Assembly (NCBI GenBank): GCA_047459655.1
Contig: JAJREF010000005.1
Location: 256,001 to 320,000 of the forward strand
Source: Rhabdochlamydiaceae bacterium
Lineage (GTDB): Bacteria > Chlamydiota > Chlamydiia > Chlamydiales > Rhabdochlamydiaceae
Length of the DNA stretch: 64,000 nucleotides
Reading direction: 5' to 3'
The translations under genes were made by a program, and so were the position numbers. The notes beneath the pieces are model-generated. The model was not told the DNA's origin. It saw only the letters and a list, made by a program, of their open reading frames with translations, and ran no database searches. This document shows, in pieces, positions 34,512 through 45,968 of this stretch (positions are counted from its first letter, which is position 1; each line of letters opens with the position of its first letter).

Positions 34512-34542
34512 ATCAAGCCATAGTTAAATACTATGGCTTGAT
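34512..34542 (+). terminator. Terminator-like hairpin
   Basis: ATCAAGCCATAGT-TAAAT-ACTATGGCTTGAT just after stop. Confidence 0.65.
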
Positions 34543-34586
34543 CATCTAATTTTTTTATCGCATTTTATTACAAGACCATGGTACAA

Positions 34587-34722
34587 GAACCTATCCCGAT
34601 AATAAGGTTTTGTCGATTTTTGGGATTGTTTTGGACTCTTTTGTAAGGGGTTTACGCAGTGGATATTGCCCCTCGCAAAAGAGTCCAAAAATCGACAGAA
34701 ACTTATTATCGGTATAGGATTC
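34587..34722. mobile_element. MITE family E (GAACCTATCCCGATAATAAG...CTTATTATCGGTATAGGATTC)
   Basis: Long terminal inverted repeats plus internal hairpin; copies at 20614 and 62926. Confidence 0.8.
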
Positions 34723-34754
34723 AACCAATCCTTTAAAACGGAGTTCGCGTTCCT

Positions 34755-35355
34755 ATGAGAAAAATGGTTATAGCCCTACTTTTCCTCCTTCCCAGTTTGA
34801 TACAAGCTAATGATGCAGAGACACACACCTTTAGAATCCATCAAAAAGATTACCGTTTTTCAACAGTCTTTGAAATGGATGGTATGGGGACCTCTCATGG
34901 CGCTGTAGTTAAGAGTAGTATTCGAGTACGAAGCAACTACGATGTCTACAGCGAGCGTGGCCAGTGGCAGGCAACAGGGATCGCACGTCTTTTTTGCTTA
35001 GGTTTTTTTCGGCCTTGGGGTGCTGAGATCGATGTCTATAATCCAAAAGGAGAGATCATCGGGCTCATTGATGGGCAAGTTGGCACTTTTCAAGCTGCCA
35101 AATACAGTGATTTACAACGCTCTTGGAGAGCGTGTTGGGATTGCTTTCTTGGATTTGACAAAAGCTGGTTTTACGATTTTAGATCCTGAAAATGAGACCC
35201 GTGTAATTGCGCGATTAACAAGAAATTTTGTTCAAGAGCAGGTCGATTCTTGGGATGTGGTCGTATATGATGTCCATGCCATCAACCCAGCTCTCATCAA
35301 GGTGTTTGCGGCATTTGCTGTCGACAAACAAAAGTACTTTAAAGAAGATAACTAA
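34755..35355 (+). CDS. Hypothetical exported protein (frameshift near 35105)
   Basis: Signal peptide ending IQA; two overlapping ORFs that join. Confidence 0.65.
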
Positions 35356-36039
35356 AGAGGTAGTTGGAAGGACCCATGACTCCAGCTTACAATCTTAATC
35401 AATTATATGTTTAATTTTTTAACTAACAAGTTTCATTTTGCCTTGCAATAAAAAATAGTGTCATATTGAGAATTGATTCTCAAAACTGCTATAATGGTTG
35501 GTTGTTTGATAAAAATAATTTTAGGAGATCTTAGATCGTAGGCCTAAAGATTCTGTTTTCGCCTATGTAGCTAAGCAATTGGGTAGTAAAAAAATTCAAG
35601 AAGGTCAGCGAAAGGTTGAGTTACATTTCTTAGATACTGATCAAGTCAAAGAGTTTGTAAGAGGGTTTTTGGAAGCCTTTAATCCGAAGACTTCAGCAAG
35701 TTCTTAACCCTTTTAAGGGGCCTTTGCGTCTACTACAGTCCATCAATTTTGATAAAAAAATATTTTGGCAATGTAATGCTTCAGTTTGGGGTTTGGTTAA
35801 TCTGACAATTTATTTTTTTATGCACTCTAAAAAAGATTATGACGATCTTCGAAAGCGTAAGATTTCTTCAAAATTCCCCCATTCTGCCCTTTTTGGATAC
35901 ATAATCTTTTTTTGCCTGTAGTTTCTTGCTCGTAATAAAATGTAGTATTATGTTAAAATCTGTTCCGAAAATAGTGTGAAAGTTAAAATAGCTAATAATT
36001 TTTAGCGCAAATTAAAAAATTTAATAATAGGAGTTCATT

Positions 36040-36903
36040 GTGGACAGAATAACAACACTTTTCCCATCTTTCCCCGTTGGTTCCCAAGATATTGCAACTC
36101 GATTTCGGTCTAATCTTGGGCCTCAATGTATTAAAGTCGCTAACTGCGCAAGTAAGTTATTTGCTTCTGCAAGAGCATCTCAATTGGGCCGCACTTTATC
36201 TTCTTTTTATAGCAATAAGTGGGCTCCTGTTGTTTTAATAGCAGGTTTGCTTCTTGTTATTATGAAATTATTTAGAGATTTAACTAAAGCAAATGAGGCA
36301 GTAAAGGCTTCAAATGCTGCACTCTCCACACAAGCGTTAAAAACGTTAGTTGCAGTTGGGCAAGCAGAAAAGGATGTGAAAGAAATATCTACACAATTAG
36401 CGTCTTTAGCTATTTCAAGAGACGAAGCAACTGCTCAATTAGCGACTTTAACTGTTGAGCACGACGCAGCAACTGCTCAATTAGCGACTTTAACTGGTGA
36501 GCGCGACGCAGCAACTGCTCAATTAGCGACTTTAACTGGTGAGCGCGACGCAGCAACTGCTCAATTAGCGACTTTAAAAGGTCAGCACAAAGAAGCAACT
36601 GCTAAATTAACGACTTTAACTCGTGACCACGATAAAGCACTTGCTAAATTAGCGAAAGCGAATGAAGCAAAGGAGAAAGCGATTAAAGAAGTTTCTGAAG
36701 TAAGAGAGGAGATTAGAAAAGAAGTAAGCAAAGCTGGACAATTAGAAGAATTACTTAAAGATTTATCGAAATTGAAAAAACTGATGCCCAAATCAGCTAC
36801 TAATTTTCTAGACTCGCACGCTAAAACAATCAAATTTAATGAATCTAAGCAATTCCAGGAATTTATTGCGCTTTTTAAGAAAATTACTCAATATCTAAAT
36901 TGA
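36040..36903 (+). CDS. Membrane-anchored coiled-coil protein (Inc/effector-like)
   Basis: AGGAG RBS, one hydrophobic segment WAPVVLIAGLLLVIM, 14-aa repeats. Confidence 0.75.
   Translation: MDRITTLFPSFPVGSQDIATRFRSNLGPQCIKVANCASKLFASARASQLGRTLSSFYSNKWAPVVLIAGLLLVIMKLFRDLTKANEAVKASNAALSTQALKTLVAVGQAEKDVKEISTQLASLAISRDEATAQLATLTVEHDAATAQLATLTGERDAATAQLATLTGERDAATAQLATLKGQHKEATAKLTTLTRDHDKALAKLAKANEAKEKAIKEVSEVREEIRKEVSKAGQLEELLKDLSKLKKLMPKSATNFLDSHAKTIKFNESKQFQEFIALFKKITQYLN
36395..36654 (+). repeat. 42-bp in-frame tandem repeat, about 6 units (DAATAQLATLTGER)
   Basis: Units start at 36421, 36463, 36505, 36547, 36589, 36631. Confidence 0.9.
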
Positions 36904-36933
36904 TTTTTTACTAAATGTAGGAGATCTTTTTTC

Positions 36934-36980
36934 AAGAATGCCACTTGCCTATCCATTGGATGGGAAGTGGCATTTTTTTT
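36934..36980 (+). terminator. Rho-independent terminator
   Basis: ATGCCACTT.CCTATCCA-T-TGGATGGG.AAGTGGCAT followed by T run. Confidence 0.75.
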
Positions 36981-37090
36981 ATGCAGTATTTGTAGTCGAT
37001 TAAACTTTAAATAACGGAATTGGTCTTTCCCAAATCGATCTTCCTTCTTGCTTTGATGCAGTTTGAAATCATAAACTTCTTTCCGATCCC

Positions 37091-37922
37091 TTAGATGGAG
37101 ATAGATAAACCGAGGGCTAGGTGTAAGAAGGTGAGGGCAAAGTTGCAGAAGATAGAGCTTTCTATTGCTTGTGTATATTGATAGAGAGAGCCGTAGATAA
37201 GTCCTGCGAGAAAGATAAATCCTAGAGGCTCTAGTCCTGCGATCCAATAGACATTACATAAGGTAAAAGCAACGGAGGAGATGAGAACAGCTCCGATGTG
37301 GCCTTTCACTGAGTTCCCAATCCACTTAAATGATTCCCTTCTGGATAAAGCCTCTAAAGAAGGCTTCTTGTGGGATGATGATAAAAAATAGGGTTGTAAT
37401 GAGCCTGAGGGAAAGGTGCGGGGGCCAATTAAATTCCCATCTTATGAGTCCTACATAATCTCCGAGAAACAGGAGGAGCGCAATTGCAAGACCTGTAAGA
37501 GGGATCACTTTGAAGGAGAGGGTGAAAGCTTCGTTGGTCGAACGGATGAGGGGGAGCTGGAGCGCTAGGATGAAGAGGCCGATAAAGGGGGTATCGAAAT
37601 TAATCCAAAAGTGCCCTGTTTCATCCCAGTAATTGGAGAAGCCGGGAATCCAGTGAAAGAGAAGAGCAATAGAGATCAGAATAGCTGATATGATGAGAAT
37701 CCATTTGGAGCTTGTGGGGAGGTTGCGCCTTAGCATGAGATGGATGAGGAGGAGTGTTCCTACAGGGACAAGGGAAAAAGGCTTGGCAACGCCTGACTGA
37801 AGCGCTAAGATGTAGGCAATCACTAAAAAAGAGAGCCATAGCCACGGCGATTTGTGAATCCAAAGGCTTACGAACGTCATCAAAAGGGCAAAAAAAGCTA
37901 AAAATTGTAAATCGATCGCCAT
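37091..37922 (-). CDS. CPBP/Abi-family intramembrane protease-like protein (frameshifted)
   Basis: Multi-TM; PQEAFFRGFIQ (degenerate EE motif); AGLIYG. Confidence 0.7.
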
Positions 37923-37935
37923 AGGGTTATACTAT

Positions 37936-38663
37936 ATGTTAAGAAAAAAAGTGGAAGTATTGAATGGTTGGAGTTTGAGCAGCTGCAAGCATTTCCTCAA
38001 GTAAAACATGGTGTTTTTTTAAAACAGGGGGAGCTGATGCTCTACGATCGTAAGGGGGATGTAGATCAGTTGCATGCTAACTGTGAAGGTGTACGAAAGA
38101 TCATCGGGTGTGACCGATTGATCAAAGCGAGGGCATGTCACGGTGCAGATGTTTTAGAGGTGTCTTCTAGTAATTCTAAGTTGGATAAGTTACATGATGG
38201 ATTGATCACGCAAGATCTGCATCTGGGGCTTTTAATTGATCATGCTGACTGTCAGGCAGCTATTTTTTACGATCCTTTAAAGGGGGCAATTGGGAATGTG
38301 CATTCAGGTTGGAAAGGGAATGTGCAGAACATTTATAAGAACGCAATCAAGGCAATGAAGGATACGTTCGGGACAGATCCAGCCGATCTTTTGGTGTGTA
38401 TTTCACCGAGTCTAGGTCCCTGTTGTGGGGAATTTAAGAATTACCAAACAGAGCTTCCTGAGAGTTTTTGGAGGCATCAAGAAAGTCCCACGTATTTTAA
38501 TCTGTGGGAGATTTCAAGAGGGCAGCTATTAGAATATGGAGTTCTTGCTGCACATATTGAAATCGCTGGCATCTGTACGATGTGCCAGCCTGATGATTTT
38601 TACTCCTACAGGAGAGACAAGACAACGTGCCGCAATGGCACGGTTGTGGCTCTTCAGATGTAG
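37936..38663 (+). CDS. pgeF: PgeF/YfiH family peptidoglycan editing factor (5' frameshift)
   Basis: HG, DGLIT, HADC, HSGWKG, SPSLGPCC, CTMC, FYSYRR. Confidence 0.88.
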
Positions 38664-39634
38664 ACGTTCAAGGCCAAAATAAAGTTAATGAACTGGGCCG
38701 TATTTCTTCCTGCAATGGTAAACCAGGATCCCCCAATAAGACCAATGGTGTCGGAGAAGTTGTATTCTATTGCGGGTGCTAAGCTGTAGTTAGCCGAAGA
38801 GGGTGATGTCATAGGAGCTCCTCCATCATATCCAGAAAAGCGGTTCTTTGCTTGGTAGTTATAGAGGATGTCTAAGGCCAAGGTCCAAGGTTGAGAGATG
38901 CTATATTCAAGGCCAAGGTTGGCTGTAAATCCAGCTCCTGGGTAGATAGTTCCACGCGTTTTTGTGGTTCCGCCGTAGATATTTGAGCCACGTACAGAGG
39001 CTCCTACAGGTATGTTGTAGTTAAAAAAATAGCGTAGGGCAAGAAAATGGGATCCAGAGAGGTGGAAGAGATTGCCGAAGACGAGGCCGACACCGGGGTA
39101 CCAAGATCCTATTCCTGATTGGTCAGTGCCTTGTTTGGAGGGTTTTAAATGGTCAAATTTTCCTGTTGGAGCATTGGCTCCAAACCGTAGCTTAATAGCG
39201 GGAGGCCATGGCTTGCCTGGTTTATCATTGAGTAGTTGAAATGATAATGCAAGAGGCAAATCTGCAAATTGGAGGGAAGATTGCCCTTGTGAGTAGCTGT
39301 AATAAGCCTGGGGAGAGATGTCAAATTCTGTATAGGGTAGAATCCCAAACTGAAGAGGGACGCTGAGGGTATAAACAGTGAAATGATGTTGTGCAGCAAA
39401 CTTCCAATTGTTATCGTAAATGCCTCGGTATTGTGTCCAGTAGAGGTAGGGTTCAATGTTGACGTGTCCATAGGGTACGTTATGGGAAGAGGGGGCTAAG
39501 AGAGGACCTGTTAACCAAGGATACATCTCTAAGGAAGGCTCTTTAGAAAAAAGGGAAGGGCCTCCACCGGTTGTTTTAGCTTCTGCGATAGAAAACCCGA
39601 GAATGAGAAGAGAGGCAATAATATATTTTTTCAT
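38654..39634 (-). CDS. Exported protein, probable outer-membrane beta-barrel
   Basis: Signal peptide, aromatic-rich amphipathic strands (LAPAIEYNF), C-terminal LNVYI. Confidence 0.55.
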   Translation of the reverse strand: MKKYIIASLLILGFSIAEAKTTGGGPSLFSKEPSLEMYPWLTGPLLAPSSHNVPYGHVNIEPYLYWTQYRGIYDNNWKFAAQHHFTVYTLSVPLQFGILPYTEFDISPQAYYSYSQGQSSLQFADLPLALSFQLLNDKPGKPWPPAIKLRFGANAPTGKFDHLKPSKQGTDQSGIGSWYPGVGLVFGNLFHLSGSHFLALRYFFNYNIPVGASVRGSNIYGGTTKTRGTIYPGAGFTANLGLEYSISQPWTLALDILYNYQAKNRFSGYDGGAPMTSPSSANYSLAPAIEYNFSDTIGLIGGSWFTIAGRNTAQFINFILALNVYI

Positions 39635-39637
39635 AGG

Positions 39638-42315
39638 TTATGCAAAGGGTTTGACTTCACTTTCCACGAACGTAACATATCTATTTTGTTTTTGTCTAAT
39701 CCAATTCGAATATTTTTTTAAATCTTCTAATGGTTCTCTTTCAAATGAAACAATTGCTGCATCGATGAGTGGTAAAAGGTCAAGGGCTTCTGTGCTTTTA
39801 AGTGGTGAGCGATTGATGAGAAAGACAAAATCGTAGTGCTTTTTTAAATCTTTGATGAGAGAAGCAAACCTTCCTTGGGTGAAAATCTCTGGGGAGAAAT
39901 GGGTGCAACCGCCGGGGATATAGTCAAAGGTGGGATAAGTGCGGAGGGGAAGGGATTCTATAAGGGAAGATAGATAGTGCCAAAGTCCAGGAATATCTTC
40001 ATTTAGGGGAATGCGGTTGAAATCACAATCAAGGATGAGATTTTTTTTGCCGCGAGAGTGGAGGATATGGGCAATGTTATGGGAGTAATCGCTATTGGTT
40101 CCTAAGAATAATCCAACGGCAGTTCCTTTATTCACGTTTATGGTTTCTAAGAAGGAGGCAAGAGAGCGTAATGTTTCATGATCTGTATCTTTAATTTCTG
40201 CGAATGTTGCGCTTGAATGGGAGGAGAGGGAGCCGGCAACGGGTTCATCCAGAGATTGGAGTGTTTCGGCAGATACGGGAAACCCTTGGAGGAGAGCTTT
40301 CAAGTAATAATAGAGATAAGTGATGAGGGCAGCGAGAAAAAAATGATAAGGGAGGATAAGAGAAGGAGTGGGTGATTGGGATAAAAGGGGGAAAGGCTCT
40401 ATCCAAGGGTCTTGCATCGGCTTGATAAAGCTGAGAGGCTAGCTGTTTGGATTCAGTGACTTGGACAAGGCCTTGCATGACTTCTCTGGTCAGATTGTTG
40501 TTGAATTTGAACTTGTTTTCAAAACACCATTTGGTTGGCAGGTCATGCATTTGATGGCGGAGGTTGGAGAGTTTCTCATGGAGTAATTTTTTTTCTGTTT
40601 TTAAGAGGCTCACGATGACTTGTTGAAGGGAGTGCATTTTTTCTTTGGTGAGAGTGAGCTGTATTTTTTTTAGTTCTTGCACTTGCTCGATATGGGAAGA
40701 TAGGAATTTTTTTTGTGTTTTGAGGGCATCTTTGAGGCGTTCATGTTCTTTATAGCTGTGGGTTATGGCGTCTTTGAGTTGGAGTTCTAGCTCGCTTGCC
40801 TTTTGGATCATGTTATTGCTGACTTCATCGGAGAGGACATTCCCTATCGAGCTTAGATTGAAATTTTCACTGTTGAGATGTTCAGATAGATATGCTAGCT
40901 GCGTGAGCTCTGTTTGTAGAGAGTCGAGCTGATGGTTGTAGTTGATGTAGAGGTTTTTGGCATAAGGAAGATCGATGCTCTGAAAGTTAGAGACAAAGCT
41001 GTCAGAAGCAATCTCTTCTAGTGTTTGCTTCCTTACTATCAGTGAGGAGACCAGGTCTTTGAGATAGGTTTCTAGTTTTGCTTTTGCAAAAGCAAGTTCT
41101 GTTTTATAGCTTTCTTCCTTTGTCGACTCAAAGAGCGCTTTTGTTTTTTCCACATTGGCAATTAGGAAAGCAAGGGTGTCTTGTTTGGCAGGCGGATTGA
41201 GATCTTGTTTGAGGAGGTCAAGGGCTAGAGTTGCTTCTTTAAGTTGTGAAGAGACATTTTCTAGCTGCTGAGTAGGTTTTGTATCTTGGCGCGCTAGAGT
41301 AATGGAAGGGGTGTCAAAATGAGCCAGCTCAAATTCAACATCGAACAGTTTAGAGAGGTAATGTTCTTTAGGGCGCGCGAGCATCTCAATTTCTTGGGAC
41401 AGGCTGATAAATCCTTGCTCTCCGAGATTTTTTTCAGATAAGAGGCGTGCTGTTCCATCTCTTGATCAAATTTGCTGCTGAGTTCTTTATGTTTTTTTGC
41501 AAGATAAGCAATTTGCACATCTGCCATGCGCTGGTTCTCTTCTTTGAGCACGTCTTGATAAGTTTGCATGAGGGTGTTGAGAAAAAGCGCTCCCATTGCT
41601 CTATCAGAATGAGTGAATTTAAGAGAGAGGGTGTTAGGGTCTTTCTTAGCTGGTGTAATGGTTAGAAGGGGTTTAAAGGCTTTTAAAATGTTTTCTAGGG
41701 GATGGATGTGGAGGGGATATAATTTTTCTAGTGAAACAGTGGAGGGAAATTTTTCTAGGGTTAAATCGATCCCTTCAAAAGAAAGGACCTGGTGTAATTT
41801 TCCTGAGCAGAGAGGTTGTTTTTTAAGGTTTAAAATTTCATAGGTATTGTGAGATAAAACATGAATATAAAAAGACTCTTTTTTTCGCCGGAGTAAGAGA
41901 TGTTTTTAAACTTGAAAGATGATTCCTCTTGCAGGGGAAGTCGTAGTTCAGAACATAAGACTTGATAGGGTTTTTTTATGAATGTGATCAGATCTTTAGA
42001 AATAGTTGCTTGCAACCCGAGCTGCTGAATCGATCTTCCAAGAACGTTCCGTGATAGCAAGACTAAAGAAGCTGAAGCATCTTTTTCTGGGATTATGAGA
42101 TCCATAGTTTGTGCAAGATTGGAAAAAGGTAATCTTTGCTCTGGCTTTCCCTTGCCTAACTTGAAATAAGCATGGGAGGTGAATTGAGCTCCTTGAAAAA
42201 AAATAAAGGCAGCTGTTAAGACGGCTGCGCCCCAGGCCATTTTGTACATCTGGAGTTTAGCTCGCTTGTATAAGCGTCTTAGGTCAGAAAGAGAAATCCA
42301 GGTGGGGTCTTTCAT
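39638..42315 (-). CDS. Wzc/GumC-like polysaccharide co-polymerase (several frameshifts)
   Basis: N-terminal TM, long coiled coil, second TM, BY-kinase-like tail (LILDCDF, GL..YL, YDFVFL..SP); adjacent to wza. Confidence 0.7.
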
Positions 42316-43391
42316 GGAATATTGACCCCTATGTTATTAACCCCTTTGGTTATAAGATCTATCCCCATGAGAGTGGGCAGTAACTGGGTTACAAATCGAT
42401 TCCATTCGGTGATAGGACTTGTAGCAACATATACGATATCTCCTGGCATGAGCAGAAGGCTGTCACTTGGCAAGCGGATGATGTGATTCCATGTGAGCGT
42501 GTAGACTTTTGGATTTGTGATGCTTCCTCTGATGACTTGAATGTACGATTTATTCCCTGTATAAGGAATTCCACCTGCTGCTGCAAGCGCATGTCGGATC
42601 GACATAAATCCATTGGGAAGATCAACCACACCCTCTTTTCCTACTTCTCCCAGTACCATTAAAGAAGAGGCAGAGGGTTCTGCAATATAAATTTTATCGC
42701 CCCCCTGCATGACAATGTTGTGATGCATGTCACCTTCTTTGATGAGTTTATAGAGATCGACAGGAAGCATCTGGTTCTGCCGGATGACATAGCTTTTAAA
42801 AAGGTTCGCGTTAGGTGGGGTTTTAGCAAGAGATAGGACTTCAAAGAGCCTGATTTTTCCATTCACAGGAACGCTAGGTGTTTGAACAAGTCCCATGAGT
42901 TCCACCTTTTTCTCTAGACGGTCTTTGTAGGATATAAAGACTTGAATGTCTTTGATTTGGTGGTTGTAGGCGGTTTGTATTTTGACTCGCGCTTCTTCAA
43001 GCGTTAGATGTTCAACGTAGATAGGTTCAAGATCAGGTAGTGTAATTCTTCCTTCTCTTACTGGGAATCCTAGGCGGTTGCCAATGGAGTGGATGGCAGA
43101 GCTGAGGTCTGCACGCATCGGATGGTAAATAGAAATTTCAAGGACATCCCCTTCTTGTATAGAATCTTTGTATTCATCTAAAAGCTCTAAAGAGAGGTCT
43201 TCGGAGTGTTTCCCTTCAAGCTGTAAAATAGAAAATTTACCTTCACGTATTTTATAGGAGTCCATGACAAATGCATCAGCTCCTAGAACATCCTGGCCTC
43301 TATAGGGAGCATTCCCACAGCCTGATAGGAAAATACATGCAATGCCTGCAAGAATTGTGTAAAAATTCATCTTTTCCCAGAAATTAATCAA
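42312..43391 (-). CDS. wza: Wza-like polysaccharide export lipoprotein
   Basis: Lipobox LSGC, GDVLEI, GRITLP, SLBB repeats, LMPGDIVYV, WNRFVTQLLP. Confidence 0.85.
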   Translation of the reverse strand: MINFWEKMNFYTILAGIACIFLSGCGNAPYRGQDVLGADAFVMDSYKIREGKFSILQLEGKHSEDLSLELLDEYKDSIQEGDVLEISIYHPMRADLSSAIHSIGNRLGFPVREGRITLPDLEPIYVEHLTLEEARVKIQTAYNHQIKDIQVFISYKDRLEKKVELMGLVQTPSVPVNGKIRLFEVLSLAKTPPNANLFKSYVIRQNQMLPVDLYKLIKEGDMHHNIVMQGGDKIYIAEPSASSLMVLGEVGKEGVVDLPNGFMSIRHALAAAGGIPYTGNKSYIQVIRGSITNPKVYTLTWNHIIRLPSDSLLLMPGDIVYVATSPITEWNRFVTQLLPTLMGIDLITKGVNNIGVNIP

Positions 43392-43454
43392 GCCTTACCT
43401 TATACTTGAGAGGGTGATTCGGAACCATTTAACTGGAAAGGATTTTTTTAGGCA

Positions 43455-44399
43455 ATGCGCATTTTCATTACAGGGATTGCTGGGTTTATTGGATACCATT
43501 TAGCTATGGCTCTTTCTGAAAGGGGAGAAACAGTGGTTGGGTGTGATAATTTTAATTCTTATTACGACCCGAAACTCAAAAGAGCAAGAGCTAAGCATTT
43601 GGCTCAATTGGGTATTCAAGTTTTTGAAGGAGATATCACAGATGCTGTTTTTTTAGAAAAGCAGGTGGTGGACCTTGATATTACCCATGTTGTTAATTTA
43701 GCCGCACAAGCAGGTGTGCGGTATTCGATGGTAAATCCCAAAAGTTATGTGCACAGTAATTTAGATGGTTTTGTCAGTGTTTTGGAAGTGGTACGCCGCT
43801 ATCCTCACATCAAAGTTATCTATGCTTCCTCTTCTTCTGTCTATGGGTTAAATCAAAAAATTCCTTTTTCAGAAATAGATTCTACCGATCATCCGGCTAA
43901 TTTGTATGCGGCAACGAAAAAAGCAGATGAGCTTATGGCCTTTGCTTACCATCAGGTTTATGGCATTTCTGTAACCGGGCTACGCTACTTTACTGTTTAT
44001 GGCCCTTGGGGCCGACCTGATATGGCATACTTTTCTTTTACAAAAGCTATATGGGAAGGTACTCCTTTGGAAATCTACAACCAAGGCAACATGGAGCGCG
44101 ATTTTACATATATCGATGATGTGGTCCGGGGGACTATTGCAGCTATTGAGTTAGGGTCTGCCTGCGAGATTTTTAACTTAGGAAATAATCATCCAGAAAG
44201 TGTCTTAACGCTGATTTCTCTCATCGAAAAATACACAGGTAAAAAGGCTATCCGAAAGCTTCTTCCGCTCCAGCTAGGAGAAGTTCCTATCACGTATGCA
44301 GATATTTCTAAGAGCAACAAAGAGCTTAATTTTTGGCCAACCATGTCTCTTGAAGAAGGGATGGAGAAATTTGTTGAGTGGTATCTAAAAAATAGGTAG
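43455..44399 (+). CDS. UDP-glucuronate 4-epimerase
   Basis: GIAGFIG, LAAQAGVRYS, YASSSSVYG, YAATKK, GPWGRPDMA. Confidence 0.9.
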   Translation: MRIFITGIAGFIGYHLAMALSERGETVVGCDNFNSYYDPKLKRARAKHLAQLGIQVFEGDITDAVFLEKQVVDLDITHVVNLAAQAGVRYSMVNPKSYVHSNLDGFVSVLEVVRRYPHIKVIYASSSSVYGLNQKIPFSEIDSTDHPANLYAATKKADELMAFAYHQVYGISVTGLRYFTVYGPWGRPDMAYFSFTKAIWEGTPLEIYNQGNMERDFTYIDDVVRGTIAAIELGSACEIFNLGNNHPESVLTLISLIEKYTGKKAIRKLLPLQLGEVPITYADISKSNKELNFWPTMSLEEGMEKFVEWYLKNR

Positions 44400-44405
44400 T
44401 TGCAA

Positions 44406-45894
44406 CTACTTCAATAGCTTCTGAAAGGCATGCGGGAGGTAATCAAGGATATCGGATGCAATCAGGCAATAAGAGGTTTTACTTTTAGCTCCAAATTCCC
44501 CGGCAAGCGCATGTAAATACACTCCTAGTTTAGCAGCTTTGAGTGGTTCTATTTTTTGGGCTAGGATAGCAGCGATGATCCCCGTCAAGACATCTCCAGA
44601 ACCTGCAGTTGCCATACCGGGATTTCCGCGGGTAATAAATGTTGGTTTCATATGAGGGTAGAACACGATTGTGGGCATGCCCTTAAGGACAAGCGTCACA
44701 TTCTTATGATCGACAAAGGCTTGGCATGCAGTAAGGGTACATGCTTTCCCTTGCAAAAGGCGCTCCATCTCTTTTTTGTGGGGTGTAAGAATCGAATAAA
44801 ACGGCAATTTTGTGTCGGGGTTTTCTGCGAGAAAAAAAGAGCGTCTGCATCGAGGACTACAGGTTGCAAAATTTGAGGAAGTAACTTGCGTAGTAAGCGT
44901 TTGATTTTCCAGTTTCTTCCAAGGCCAGGCCCTATGAACAGAGAAGAGGCTCTTGTGCATTCTTCGAGAATGCGTTTTATGTTGTAGGGCTCCCGGATAA
45001 CTTCTGGAGGAAGCATAGAAACACCCATACCCTTTTCATAAAAAAGACGTACGATGCCGGCTCCTCCTCTCAAGGCTGCTAGAGAAGAAAGAGCGGCCGC
45101 CCCTCCCATTTCCTTAGATCCTGCAAGGCCTAAAACATAGCCTCTTTCATACTTATGTTGTGAGGGTGTGATGGGGGAAGAGATAACTTGTTTTCATCAA
45201 GAAGATGCCCCTCTGGAACTGCTTCTTGCAATAGTGGCTCGGGAAGTCCAAAATCGGCTTTTACAAGAGTTCCTGTATGATTGACTCCTTCTTTTAAAAA
45301 GAAGCCTAATTTGGGAAGCTCTAGGTAGAGTGTCTGTGTTGCACAAACAGCAATAGAGGATACTTCTCCCGTAGTTCCATTGAGTCCAGAAGGGATGTCA
45401 ATTGCAAGAATCGGCAATCTTTTTTTATTCACCTGAAGGATGACATCTGCAAGGAGCCCTTCAATTTTTCCTTGGAACCCTGTGCCTAAAAGCCCATCGA
45501 TGATGATCCCTTTTTCAGCAAAAGTAAGGGGCTCGTTTTGCTGCAGAAACACAACTTTTCCCCCTTGTTTTTTGAATGCTTCTAATTTAATTTGGCAAAG
45601 AGGAGAGCAAACTGTTTTAGGAAAAAGTTGAAAAGCAATGACGTTGAAATGGCGCGCAATTAGCTCTATTCCTGCTGCGTAGGCATCCCCTGCGTTATTT
45701 CCCTTTCCAGCCAGAATATAAATAAACTTGCCAAGGTTGTGGTCGTGGATAAAAGCTTCTGCTAAAGCTGCAACTCTTGCTCCAGCTTGGTCCATGAATT
45801 GCCCCTCATCATGTCCTTGCGCGCACGCAAGCGCCTCTATTCTGCGCATTTCCTGGGAGGTCACAATTTTTTTTCCTTCGAACATGGTGCCCAT
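44406..45894 (-). CDS. nnr: Bifunctional NAD(P)H-hydrate epimerase/dehydratase (frameshifted)
   Basis: [44 protein letters not shown]. Confidence 0.9.
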
Positions 45895-45968
45895 ATTTTC
45901 AATATAATATTTTCCTTGCAAAAGAAGCTATTGTAAAAAGTAAGAGTGATGTGGTACCCTGGGCCGCT

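Noticed and set aside
36395..36654. Possible CRISPR array
   Set aside because: Contiguous in-frame 42-bp coding repeats with no unique spacers and no cas genes
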